A stretch of DNA of 63,058 nt, the filler included, from Reclinomonas americana ATCC 50394 (Eukaryota): NCBI GenBank assembly GCA_048213135.1. It is 6 parts of 5 records of this genome, joined end to end, with 100 filler letters (N's around TTAATTAATTAA, not from the genome) between each part and the next. Parts side by side here need not be neighbours in the genome. Positions count along the whole stretch, not along the records: positions 1 to 31,526 come from PS015651.1; positions 31,627 to 46,860 come from PS015652.1; 4 more parts are not named here. One strand, written 5' to 3'. Positions 26,167 through 38,900 of this stretch are shown piece after piece (position 1 is the first letter of the stretch; each line of letters begins with the position of its first letter). The notes beneath the pieces were generated by a model. That model ran no database searches. It was not told the origin of the DNA and saw only the letters and a list, made by a program, of their open reading frames with translations. The position numbers were made by a program, and so were the translations under genes.

Positions 26167-28904
26167 TCAAAAGCGGAATGGATCACCTGGTGCCCCCGAG
26201 CTCGACAGCGAACGCCACGGATTAAAGTCGCGATTGACGTCGCCGGCCAGATCGACACGTAATCTCAGCACGCGCTTCAGTTCATCCTCCGACAGTGGAC
26301 AAGACGATGGTTCGGTTGCCGAGTAGTACTCGCTGGCGTCGTCCACTCGCTCGAACGATAGTGCCGTGCAAATCTCCGACAGGCGGGCAAACTTGTCGCG
26401 CACGGTGACTTCGCATTCCTTGGAGAAGAACGTGAGCAGCGTGCGAACGTCCTTGTCCAGCTGCAGCGCGCCGAGCTGTCGTGCACCATGTGTGCATGTG
26501 TGTGTGAATGATCGATCGTCACCGACAAAACAAGCTTACAACAACAAACAAGCACACGCACACACCTGATTGTACCGTTTCCGCATCACCTGCTGCTCAA
26601 ATTGCATCACCACCACACCAATCACGTGCACCATCACCGCATCCATGTTGGTCTTCGAAAGCTCGGTCTTGAGCGGCGCAAACAGCTGCGACACGCGAGT
26701 GATAAAATTCCACGCGAATGGATCGTTGACCTCGTACGACGTGAGCGTGGTCTCGTCAATCCGATCGTACGGCAGCTGCCCGAACGGCTTCATCAGCTGC
26801 AACAGGCGACTCTCCAGTGGCTCCACCAGCGTCGCAATGCAATCCTGTGCATGCATGCGCGCGTATGAGGGCGTGATGGTGAAGTGCACAAAAAGTCGCT
26901 CCACCGATGCGCAACATTCAGCGAGCGCTTCATGTTGGCCGAGGTGACCTGCAAGTCCACACCGGCGGCGCTGATTTTCGAGGTTTGCTGGGCGTCGAAC
27001 ACATCGTGCACGGAGGCGTCGAATTGCTGGCGCAGTCGCCGAATGTACTGCACGCACGTCTCCATTTCGTTGACGTAGCACTGTGCATAAGCAGTGAGAC
27101 ACGAGTGCAACAACACGCATGTGCATGAAGCATACCAGCGCGACACGGAACACGGGATCCATCTGGCCGACCTCGTAGAACCGCGTGCTCGCCACACCTT
27201 CCTTTACACGCGATTCGACGTACTGTGTGCATCCTCGTCAGCGGCAGATAAAGTGCAAGGCAAAGCATTCCGTTGCTCACTCGCCTCAGCACAGGGACCC
27301 GACAGCACGCTGTTGATGTGGCTCATGACCGAAATCACCGTGTGCGGCGACAAGGTCTGCACCGACCGATTGGCCACGTTCTGCATGACAAAGAGCACGT
27401 TGTCGAGCACGCCACTGGTCAACCCGCCGTCGCCAAACGTGCCCTGCTCCTCCAGCTCCACAGCCTTGCGTAATGATTCCCGCAGAAAGCGTTCCTCCAG
27501 TGCCGCATACGTGGCCTGCACCTCTTGCACATACACAGAAAAGTCGCCGGTGCGCCCAATGTTCCACCCGGCCGACTCGGCACCGGCGGTGCGCTTGGCC
27601 TCCTGCCGCACCAAAGCTGCAATCAGTACGACGGCCCCCCCCCCCCCACGACACACAAACAATCCGCGCAGTACCTCGACTTTGGCATCGAAAAATGCGC
27701 GAAACTGTTCGCTGCGCTGACAGAGGGCGGCGAGCTCTTCGAGAATGGCGTCCAGTTCACGTGGATCCATTCGCACTTGCAATGCTCTCCGAGTTGTCTG
27801 TGCACGAATAACAATGGAGGTCAGATGATGACGGAGAGATGCGCGAGACAACGGGCACGCACCAGCTCCTGTGCCTTCTTCGCCGTCATGAACGAGCGCA
27901 GAATCGGCAGAGCGACTTCGTCGGTCACACTCTGCACCTCGCGCAGCAGCGGGCCGAGACTGGCCGGGCCAAAGTCCTCGATGATCTGCGGCGCCTCGGT
28001 TTCAATGGTGCCGGCCAACACATCCAACACCGATGTCAACCGGTCCACCACATCGTCCACTGCAGCGCACACATCGAGTGAGCGACATCATCGGACATGG
28101 AGAGCTCCACGAGCCGCACCAAGAATGGACTGCGCTTGCACGAGTGCGTCGGCGCGCACTGCATCGCGAATGTGCTCCACATACGTCTGCAGCGACTTGA
28201 CACTCTCGCCGAGTGGCGCCAGCAGCTTGGCAAAGCGCAGCACGCCACGCGATTCTCGCTTGTTGACACACTCGCGGAGGCGCGCCTGCAGGGTGATTCG
28301 CAGCTCGCGTTCCCGATCGCGAAGTACAGCGCAGGCTGGATCGTCGGGCACCGCGGCCTCGAGTGCGTGAAACTCTTTGAGAAAGTTGACAGCCGCCTCA
28401 TAATCCGTGTGCGCAATGGCCTCGTTGACGCCCTCGACGCATTTCTGCCACTCATCCACATGAGCACACAAACACACGCACACGCACACACATCCTTCTC
28501 CCTCTCGTACCCGCAAGTTCATGACGCCATCGGTGCGATCCAGAGCTGCGCGCGCATTCGTCTGCACCAGGCAGATGAGCGAAAACGAATGTGAAGGCAG
28601 TCGTCATCATCTCGCAACTTGCACTCGATCCAAGTGTCGCACACGCGTGGACACTGTGCTGGCCACTTCACACACACTCTGCGCCGCCGTCTGCAACTGG
28701 TCGACTTTGGGGGCCACAAGCGCGCTCAGTTCACCACTGTGCACAGCGTGTGAGATGAAGGACGGTGTGTGTGCGTGCGTGTTTGGCTGCTGCGCGTTGG
28801 CACCTAATGTCGGCCAGTTCGCGCTGGTGTGCGGTCAGTAGAGCTGTCAGCTTGCGCCGTGTCTCGGCACATCGCCGTTGTGCGTTCTCCAGCTCAGTGG
28901 ACAT
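26167..28904 (-). CDS. COG4: Conserved oligomeric Golgi complex subunit 4
   Basis: VSTRVRHLD, CVEGVNEAI..DYEAA, LRFAKLLAPLG, DPRELDAILEEL, YEVNDPF, QLDKDVRTL, VRDKFARLSEI..L, LSEDELKRVLRLRVD. Confidence 0.92.
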
Positions 28905-28926
28905 GGCAGCGGATGGGACGCGTTCT

Positions 28927-30679
28927 TCACTTGTCCGTCTCGCTGGCTACTTTTCTTCGTTTTCTATGTCTAGATGACGACGAAGTTGTCGTCGTCGTCG
29001 CTGTGGTGGTGTTGGTGGCGGTGGTTGCTGATTGCGATGCTGCTGTCGTGGTGGCCCCGGCCGGCTCATCGTCGTGACTGCGGGTCGGATTGCCACTGTC
29101 GGATTCCGATGCACGCCGCTCACGCTTTCGATCGCGCCGCTTCCGGTCTCGGTCCTTGTCGTGGCGACGGCTCTTGTGCTTGCTCTTGCGCTTTCCGTCC
29201 TTGTGTTTGCTGCGATGGTGATGCCGACTGTGCCGATGGCGTTCGTCGCGTTTCGACTTGCGCCTCCTGGCTGTGCTGGTCGATCCATCGCCGCTGGAGC
29301 TCGACGACAAGCTGACGTCGTCACTGTCGTCGAGGCTGTCGCTGTCGCCGAGACTGTCGCTGTCGCTGGCACTTGAGTCGCTCGACGACAGTCGCTTGTG
29401 TTGTTTCGCCAGCGCTCGCCGCAAGCGACGCTCGGCGGCGGCCAAGCGATCCAACTCCTCCTGCTCCTTCTGCTGCTTCGCGGCCTGTCGCTCCTGCTCT
29501 TCCTGCAACTTCCGCGCCTCCAGTTCTCTTTTCTCCCGAATCTGGCCAGCACATCACAGTGAGTACTCGAGATGTGCATGTGTAGTGTGGCGTCGAGTAC
29601 GCACAAATTTGACAGCGGGCTCCGTCGCAGTCATCACATGTGCACTGCCGCTCCACGCATTCCGCGCTCGAGTCGCGAACGTCTCTGCTCGCTCAAGGTC
29701 ATTTGCGAGATAGTAGCTGCGCACGGCACGAGTGAGTCAGCACGACGAGCGATGTGACAAAGACACCGCTCCGACGCACTACTGAGCAAGGCCAGTGAGG
29801 GCGCCGGGGTTGCGACTGTCGAATTGCAGCGCCTCGTTGAGTAACCGAACGGCTTCGCGTGGATGACCGCCGCGCATCTTGTCGGCGGCAATCGTCACTC
29901 TGTCTCCACGATCAGAGGAGAATGAAATCGCGAGACAAAATCAACACACACGCAACAGTCCGTTGGCGTATGCGATGGTTTGCAGCACACGCAAATGAGC
30001 AGCAGAGTAGGGGAATTCTGAGCGCTCTTTGACAATTGGTCTTCGACTCCGCAGGGTATCACTGCAGGCTGGCGTTTTCAGAGACAGCCGGGAAAACGCA
30101 TCACAGGCATCCGACGTGGACGCAACACGACGCAACTGCAGCAGCGGCAGATAGCTATCGTACTCATCAATGCCCAATCCGTAGCACATGGCTTCTACCG
30201 CCGTCGGATTGGTGAATCCACGGTCGTAATGCGGTGCTGGATTAACTGCCGCGGCTTTCTCTCTGGCTTCACTGCCGTCACCGTAGCGGCCCTCGACATC
30301 GCCTGGTAGGGTCGGTGACGCACGCTCATCTCTCGCGCTGAGGAGAATGAGCACATGAGTTGGCGATGACAGCTGGAGTGGGAGAAGAAATAATGCACGC
30401 ACCGCGGAATAAAGGCCACCGGGTTGCTGTAAACTGGGCGAAAGTTGTCTTCGTCGGCGTCGATGAGCACTCCCTGCGAAGTGCACAAGATGAGATACTC
30501 GCCGCTAGACAGTCAACGAAACCCAAATCACTGCGCGCACCATCGTGAAATCACGAGGCACGTGGATATCGATTGCATGGCGGACGACGTCTTCCTTCAC
30601 CGTCAACAATTCATAATCCACGTCCGGAGATCTAACCTTGTTCTGAATGACACCTGCGTGCGTGCGTGTACAGGCGGAC

Positions 30680-30710
<31 letters not shown>

Positions 30711-31469
30711 GAGGAGTGAGGCCAGCAGCTGTCGAGGCATGCAACCCCAGCGGGATCGCACCTTGAATAATCGCACCCGGGCAGTACTGGTCCGGGTACT
30801 CGTCCTTGGCAATTGCCTCGCTGAGCACGTAACCCTGCCAGAACGCATGCACACACACCAATTAATACACGCCAGTGCACTGATACGTACACACTGCAAC
30901 AATCACACCTCGATCCTCACGTGCGAAACGTCCACATCCCGCAGTTCCGCACTCAATCCCAGCGTGCCGTCATCTTTCGGAACTCCGTACAACTGCTTCA
31001 GCACGACGCTCACTCCCTGCGGATACACTTTCGTGACCGTCACACTAGCCAAGCCCTGCAGCTCCTGCTCGTGCACGCTGCTCAGCAACCAGCACGCACA
31101 CAAACACGACAAGACACTCACCCGCAGCACAGCCGATCGAAGCGTCTTTCGTGCGTCAGACTCATCCATCTCTGGTCTTCGCTCTCGCGGCTGCGTTTCC
31201 GTGCGCCTCCCGCCCTGCCTTTCCGCGTTGTCGAGCGCGAAACTGGTCATCTGAATCGTCCACGAAAATCCGAACCGATCAGCCGCAGCGACTGTGCATG
31301 TGTTTGATGTTCAGAAACGCAGTTTGCAGTGCCGCTACTCCGCCCACCAAAATGCGCAACGATCAGCCTGCGAGGGCACAAAAGCCGGCGCCGGCTCATC
31401 GGCAGTGACCATCATATTGAACATCGTTCTGCCGTACTTGGCTGCCAGGTCGCACAGGTTGCTGTACAT
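28927..31469 (-). CDS. TTC14: TTC14-like protein (S1-like domain, TPR, Ser/Arg/Lys-rich tail); the 5' end may lie in the gap
   Basis: S1-like VTVTKVYPQGVSVVL...YCPGAIIQ; GFTNPTAVEAMCYGLGI; HLRVLQTIAYA followed by the TPR AADKMRGGHPREAVRLLNEALQFDSRNPGAL; coiled coil and S/D- then K/R/H-rich tail. This is the domain order of animal TTC14. Confidence 0.7.
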
Positions 31470-31570
31470 ACACCCCAATAAACAAAAAATGCATGCAACT
31501 GTCAAACGCCAGTCGACACACACACANNNNNNNNNNNNNNNNNNNNNNNNNNNNNNNNNNNNNNNNNNNN

Positions 31571-31582
31571 TTAATTAATTAA
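31571..31582. other. Artificial scaffold spacer TTAATTAATTAA inside N runs (also at 46905, 57276, 59996 and 61477)
   Basis: Identical 12-mer with stops in all six frames, centred in N blocks. Confidence 0.95.
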
Positions 31583-31667
31583 NNNNNNNNNNNNNNNNNN
31601 NNNNNNNNNNNNNNNNNNNNNNNNNNGTCACGGCTTGAGCTCACCCCGCATGATGTGCACTCTGCAG

Positions 31668-33473
31668 GTGCCACCGAACTCGGCCGATGTCCGCGAGATT
31701 GGTGCCCGCCTGCAGCATCTGGACTTTTCCAAACTCAAGTCGTTCTCGCCTCAGCTCCTGCTGCAGTGCATCACTGGCGAGCCCATCAGCGCCGCTTTCA
31801 GCAGCACAGGATCGTCGGGTACGTCTATTAGGAAACGAGGCTGTGGGACATCAATGGATTCACATTGCAGTGCAGGTGCCACCAGTGCCGCCCCTGAACC
31901 GCTTTCGTTTGACGGTGACGCCAGTGCCTCTTCATCAGGAGAGGGTGCGTGTGTGAGAGAGAGGGAGAGGGAGAGGGAACATTGGGACCATAAGCTGACC
32001 CGTTGGTGACTGTGCAGAGTTGGTCGCCACACTGATGGAGCAGCTGGATGTGGAGGACTCGACTGGCCCCAACATGCGATTGGCTGCAGCACGAGGTAAG
32101 CATCTGCTTGTGGTGGTGTGTGTGTGTGACCTGTGTTGAGGCTAAAGGCGACCCGCATCTTGTGAACAGGCAACAAGGATGTGGCCATGGCGCTGACGCT
32201 GGCCGGGAAGACGCAGTACGACTCACTACACAAGTACACGTACAAGGGCGTCGCTCCGGGCAACTCCAACTTTACGGGTACGCTGGTGAACGAGTTGACA
32301 GCACCGAGTGGCGGCGAGCGCCGTCGAGGTTCGTCATGCGTGTGATGCATCACACTTGGCACAATGGCATTATTAACCCACATATACTCACGCAGGACTC
32401 CGTGAGGCTCTGATCATGCTGCGCGAGGCTCAGGCCAATGCACAAGTGTACTCTGAACGGTACGTGGAGGCCCGGCACCAGGTGCACGAGACGCAGCACG
32501 AGAACGAGACGCTGCGAGAGGTCATCGGCAAGCTGAACAAGGAGAACACGATGCTGAAGCAGCGAATCCGGTCATTTGCACGTGGTAAGCATACTGTCGC
32601 TCGTCACCACACTTGTGTGTGTGCGTGTTAACTTGTTTCACGGCCGACCGCAGTGTCCACTGGATCGTCATCCGGTGCTGCCGGCTCGCCTGTCGGTCTC
32701 AGCTCGCCACCTTCAGCTGCGGCCACACCTCGTGGCTCCTCGTCTGGTGCTGCGGCGGCCGCCGCCGCTGCGGACTTGCCGCACGTGGTGATTGCTGCCA
32801 ACAAGAAGAGCTCACCAATACATTCACCGAGGTCTCCTGCCGCGACAAAAGGCACGAGTGGTGGCGGCCTGTTGCGTTGCTCCTCGGCACACACGCGCGC
32901 ATGTCTTTTTCTCGCATTCGCTCATTCTCAATTCTTTTGTATGCAGTGGCAGTGGAGGCAAGGCTCCGCTTTCACCTCGCTCGGCTCTGGCGTCGGTGAA
33001 GCAGTCATTTGCGCAGGCATTTGCCGCACGTGGTGCCGGCGGCCAGCCGCCCTCTGCACAGGTGAACGCTCTGGTCTCGCCTCGACAGCCCTCCGTACGG
33101 AAACACCAGAATCCGGCATCCGGTGGCAGCGCAGCTCCTCGTCCTCTGCAATTGAGCGACTTGTCCAGTCCGCCGTCCGCCCCCGTGTCGGCAAGACGCG
33201 GAGAAGCAAGCAATGGCAGTGGTATGCGGCATCGCTTATTGTTGGTGTCGATGCTGATGCATTTCTCACACTCCTTTGCATGCAGCTTCAGCACGCGGAA
33301 CCGGCTCACCTCGCATGTCGCGCGAGGCATTTAAGGAATACTTGGTGAGTTATTTTACTCTTGTCTCGTAGCTTCCGACATGTGGCACTGATGGCTTGTC
33401 TGGCTGGCTGGCTGGCTTGCAGGAGCGTCGCTCACGGGAGGACACGGATATTTTGTTGAACATGTCCTTGTAA
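31668..33473 (+). CDS. Hypothetical protein with a short coiled coil and Ser/Pro-rich tail (5' end in gap)
   Basis: Spliceable exons including LREAQANAQVYSERYVEARHQVHETQHENETLREVIGKLNKENTMLKQRI; last exon ERRSREDTDILLNMSL then stop. Confidence 0.65.
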
Positions 33474-33503
33474 AGAGAGTGTGTTGTCTGTAGGTGTGTT
33501 TCG

Positions 33504-35886
33504 TCAGTCGTCAGTACCACCGTCGTCTTCATCGTCGTCGACAGGCTCCACTGGACCCTCGATACTCCAGCTGCTCGTACTTCTGCTGCTGCTGCTACTG
33601 CCGCTGTTGACATTTGTGCCGGTGTCACCCCCAGTCGTCGCTAGGACAGCGTCGATATCAAACAGCGGTTTTGTCGGTCTTCGCACGTCGGTGACGCGAC
33701 CCGCGTTGTGACGACGGCCATGTGCAGCATGGCGAGCCACTTGCACGTGATGAGGTTCTGCGGGTGGAGCTCGTGAGGTTCAAGGAACGGAAGTGGAGAG
33801 GAGGAGAGGGAGACGCAACTGCGGAGAATCACGTTTCGAGCGCGGCGGTACTGCACAGGGTCGTACTTTTTCGACATGTCGGTGGCGTTCTGGATGAGGG
33901 TATTCATCTCGGCCGCAGTATTCAGCTAGTTGTGCGCGTGTTGGTGGTGTGAGAGTCACAGGGTGCAGGTACGCTGATGACACACACAGACACACACCTT
34001 GACAAGGACTTTGGAGGTGTGCCGATCCGGCAACAGGAAGAGCCAACTTTGCGACGATCCATCGACTTTGGGGTCGGTTGCTCGCACCTGACCGCCCATT
34101 TGAGTTACGAGAGGCGCACTTCCTACGACCCGTACACACTCACCTTGGCATCCATCCGCCAGATTCTGCGTGCGATGAGAGCGAATGAGCAACCGCGTGG
34201 TTTCGCTGAGAACAATTGATGGCGCACGCGCACGAAACTCATGTACGACTGCCAATTGTGCCACCTGCGCCACATCGCGTTCGCGCTCTTCAATGGCCGC
34301 ACGCTCGTCTGCCACCTGCGAGATATCGTCAGTGAAACGCGCTTGCACCTTGCGAGACTGAACACGAACCGCGGCGGCCTCAGCGGCATGCTTCTCGTGC
34401 AACGCCTGCAGCGACAGCGCCCGTCTCAGCTGCTCCAGCTGCACACGCAGACTCTGCACGACGTCGGCGCACTCGGTCCGCACACGCTGCAGTTCCTCCT
34501 CGTATCTCTCGGTCAGCTTCTGACAGTGGTCCCGCGTCTTTTCCACCTCAATCATCGCAGACTGTCGCTGACGACTCTCCGACTTGAGTGCCACTGTCAG
34601 CTGGCTCAGCTGTGACATACAACGGACAGGTTTTCCTTTAGCTCCCGTGAGTTGCGTGCACGAAACGGCAAGTCCAAACCTGCGCCGTCTGCCGATGAAT
34701 CAGTTCCGCCTGCGCAGCGTGTGTAATCATGTTTTGCTTCTGTTGCCGCGATAGCTGCCGGTACAAGTCGAGGAGCGTCTGGCGTGCAATATCGCTGTCC
34801 ACCTTGCGTACGACCTGCAGCACGCTTTCGGGAATGTCCACAATGTTGCTCTCCAAGGCGTCGTAATCGCCGTCGTCGAGAAGCTCCGGACCGTGCTCGC
34901 TGCTGGCCACGACGTCGCCAGACAGGGTGGCGATGGCCGATGGCGGCCGAGTCCTGCTGACGACGAAGCGACTCACCGATGCAGCCGAGTTGGGCCGCGA
35001 TACACCTGCGTACGCCAGTCGTGAGGTGGCGCCGGCAGAACCCAACACTGCCGATTGTGGCCGTCGGGGCACAACGACAGGAGTCGGAGACAACTCCAAC
35101 GTCGACGCTCCCCCTTCGGTGGTCTCGCCAAGTCTCTCGGGCGTCGGCGACTCGCGATCAGCACCGCCGCCGCGGTCGGCTGCTGTCATGCGTGCACTGG
35201 CACCGGCACTCGCCGGAGCAGCGCCAGTGTCGCCGCCGTCTTTTTTCGACAAGTCGACGTGCAGCTGGGCAATTTGCCACAACATCTTCTTGCGTTGCTC
35301 CTCCCACAGCACCTCGCGTCGCCGAGCGTTCATGAAGAGTCGCTCGACCTTGTCGTCGTTGGCCTTTAGTGCCGCACGTGTCTCCTGTGCACATGCACAC
35401 GCTCATCAGCCGGGAGGGAGAGGGAGAAGGCAGTATTTCTGTGGATACGAACCGTCAGTTGTCGCCGCAGGGTTTGATTCTCGTCAGTGATACGTGAATA
35501 CTGCGGTTACGCACAGGCGAGCGCAGCGTCAGGACCTCACGCGCACACATGAAGACAATCATCGATGTCTCTCTGCTCACATCAAACTGCAAATCGGCAA
35601 TCGCTTGAGTTTGCCGAGCCACCGTGTTCTTCAGCATGGTGATCTCCACTGCCGCACTCTGCGGTATCGACTCGCCACCAGCTGTGGTTGCCGCACTCGA
35701 CGGCGACTTGACCGACGCGGACGACTGCGGTCGGACAGAGCCCCGTCGCATCGGCGACACCAACAACATCGGCGACTTGTTCGGCGACGACTGAAGGTCG
35801 CTGTTGCCTGTCATCCGGTAGTCGTGAAGCATGTAGTACTCATCGGCGCTGGGCCCACGTGATCGCTCACGAGGCAGCGACGCCAT
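33504..35886 (-). CDS. Hypothetical coiled-coil protein
   Basis: Long exon ORFs at 35455-35886, 34638-35333 and 33956-34618 with heptad-rich segments; in-phase GT-AG introns lead to an acidic end DDDEDDGGTDD then stop. Confidence 0.7.
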
Positions 35887-35984
35887 GCGAAACGCACTGA
35901 AACGGCCCGATTGTGCTCTACAAATGTGGCCGATCGACTGATTTGGAGCCGCTGACGAGACGTACTCACGACCGAAGTCTTATC

Positions 35985-38900
35985 ATGCGACGAGGTGTGC
36001 CGGCCATTGCGGCGGTGGTGAATCCCGACTATGCACGCGCCGAGACACGGCGGTCGCTAGCCGAGCGCTCCTCGCGGGAGCAGAGTCGGGCCCGATCGCT
36101 GGAGGAGAACGTCGACCGCAAGATGCAGGAGTGGAACGAGGTCCGCGCACTGCGTCGCCAGTTGGACGACAAACTCAAGGACTACAAGGTGCGCAATGGC
36201 GCTGGAGTGAGCGCGTGTGTGTGTGAGAGAGAGAGGGAGTGAGAGTGGGGGATCGCGTCATCGACGACCCATCGCCGCACGTGAGAGACACACGCACACA
36301 CGCGCACGCACGCACGCACACGTGCATGCACACGCACGTGGAAGCATCGCTTGCTTACAGTCGTACGAATGTGTGTTGTTGTTGTGTGTGAGCAGTTGCG
36401 CAAGATGGAGCAGCGTCGAGAGGAGCGGAAACAGGACCCGTATGGCATCAAGCGCGCTACGCAGAAGCAGACTCGAGCGCTGGATGAGCGCTCCAAGCTG
36501 CTCGTCAATCAGCACCAAGAGACGCTGGTGAGGAGGATGTTTCTCTCGCTATGTCTCGTTTTTCATGTCGTGGAGCTGATGTGTGTGTGTGTGTGTTTGA
36601 AGGACTTGATGTTCACCGAGTTTGCACGTGTGCGGCTGCTTACACGAGAGCGACCTGACCTGGCGAACAAGATTGCGCGGCGACTTGGACGCATTCGCGA
36701 TCAGCTGTCGGTGCTCTTTCGTGAGGTGATTTCCGTGTGGTGTGTTTCTTTGCGTGCTTGCTTGCTTGGTGCTGAATTGCGGCGTGGGGGTGCAGGCGTT
36801 GCCGGTGGAGGAAGACCTCAAGTTTATGATTGACCAGCTGTTTGTGCTTGTGCGAGAGCATCCGATGTTCCGTCCCGAGGTCCACGACGATGGAGTGCAT
36901 GACGATGATCTGTTGCGTCCCGGGAGGCGGAGCGAAGAAAGAGAGTGTGACAGCAGTGGCTCATTCCATCGTGTCTCTTCCCCCCTGACGACGCAGTTCG
37001 TACGACCTGTCGGCGATCGGCAGCACTGCGGGATGGAGTCCAGAGGGCGCGTTGCAAGGGTACGACGATGGGGTGCAACAAACACAACTACTTTCGTGAT
37101 CCTCATCTCGTTTCTTCGTCGACTGTGTGCAGCGTGTCAGGCGATGCATCGACTCTGCGCGACTTGCGTGCGCTGGAGGAGATGAGTGCGCAACGGGGCA
37201 GAGGAATGGAGAACGGAGGCCAGCGTGGACAGGGCCAGTCGGCCGATCTGCGCTCGTTGTCGTCCACGGGTTCCTCCGGCATGCACTCCAGCTCGCTGCA
37301 GGGTCGGTCGTTGCGGGAAGTCATTGATGACATTCGTGCTCGTGCGGAGCGTTACGGTGCGCTGTCTGCCGGATCGGAGACACAGAGTACGCACAGTGGC
37401 CTGGCACAGGCCAGTGATGCACAGCAGCAACAGCAGCAGCAGCAACAACAACACCTGGGCGATGATGTTGCGTGATGCTGCCTGGGAGGATACCATCGCA
37501 TCGCAGAGTCGTCTGACGTGTGTGTGTGTGTGTATGCACAGGACTTGGAGGCGTTGCGGCGGGTGCGCTCACAGGTGGAGCGCAGTCTGCAGACTTCGGA
37601 GCGGTACTTGACTCGAGCAACCGAGCCGAACGGCACGGCCGAGGCGCATGCAAGCGAAGCTAACGGAGTCGACGAATATCAGCAGCAACCGCAACAGGGA
37701 GACGAGGATGCCGTACGCGCTGGAGCCGGCTCGGTGCACAGTGCACAACCGTCGCTGTACGAGGATGTGGAGTTGATTGCCAATTCCGAGTTGCTTGGTC
37801 GCATGTCGCCGACGCGGCTGGCGGCATTTCTCGAGATCGAAGAGCAGCGACGAGCGTTGAGACTGAAGCGCAACATTGAGGTTCAGAAGGTTCGATCCGT
37901 GGAGAAAACACCTTTGCCGTGTCGCTCGCTTAATTCCGTCTCCGGTGCGCAGATCCAGTCCGTTCTCAATGCCGCCAACCGCAAACGGCTGCACAAGGAG
38001 TGGGAGGAGGAGGAGCAGTACTTGAGTCAGGAGCTCGGTGATCTGCGATCGGCACTGAAGGTGCTGCAACAGGTACGATGTGCACGACATCTTCATGCAC
38101 ATGGTGGCCTTTGTCGCGTGACTCACACTTGTGTGTACGCAAACAGCCTGGCGCGGCAGTCTCGCACGCCACTGGCTCAGGATCCGACGGCGGCATCATG
38201 GAGGCGCTGTTGCGCATGCAGGCCCGTGAGCAAGCACGGCAGCACGGCCCCGCCGACAGTTTCGCCTCCTTCCATTCCATCATTGATGTATTCTCTCCCG
38301 TGTCTCAGTGTAACCTCCCGCAGATGCTGTGCTGCACGGACTGCAGATGAAGTTGGCGATGCTGGCAGTACCGCACATGGAGGTGCGGGACGACGAAGTG
38401 ACGCGAAGTGGCGAAGATCCGCTGTCGGTCGCCATCATGTCGGCCTCATCCACGGCCTCCGATCCGACGTTGGATGAGCGCTCGCCGCTTGTCAGCGCGT
38501 CGGACCATGCGCTGCGTGTGGAACTTGGCCTGTCATCGAAGGCGCACGAGTTGCTTCAGGATCCCTCTGGCGCTGCGCTGGTATCGGAATCCGAGCGCGC
38601 TCTGCTCGAGGACGAGGAGGCCACGGCCGGCGCACGTGCCGCCGCCGCACACCCGCTCACCAAATCTCTGCGGACTGCGCACGCATCGTCGCTGAGTGCA
38701 GTGCTGAATGGTGGTCAGATGGCCGCCGGATCGGCGGGGACGTCAACAGGTAACCCCCCTTTCACGGTACCGATGAAAGTCTCTGCGCATCTCTCATTGT
38801 TGCGCGCGATTTGTGTGCACAGATATCACGGTGACCGCACCAGCTCCGGCTGCAGCTCCTGCCGTCTCAGAGTCTCCGCGAGGTCTCCATTTTTTGTGTT

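Noticed and set aside
31571..31582. Palindromic TTAATTAATTAA recurring five times (possible piggyBac TTAA or regulatory site)
   Set aside because: Always centred in N runs; it is an assembly spacer with stops in all frames.
33481..33711. Apparent overlap of the two convergent CDSs
   Set aside because: Better in-phase splicing ends the plus gene at 33473 and the minus gene at 33504, so the CDSs do not overlap.
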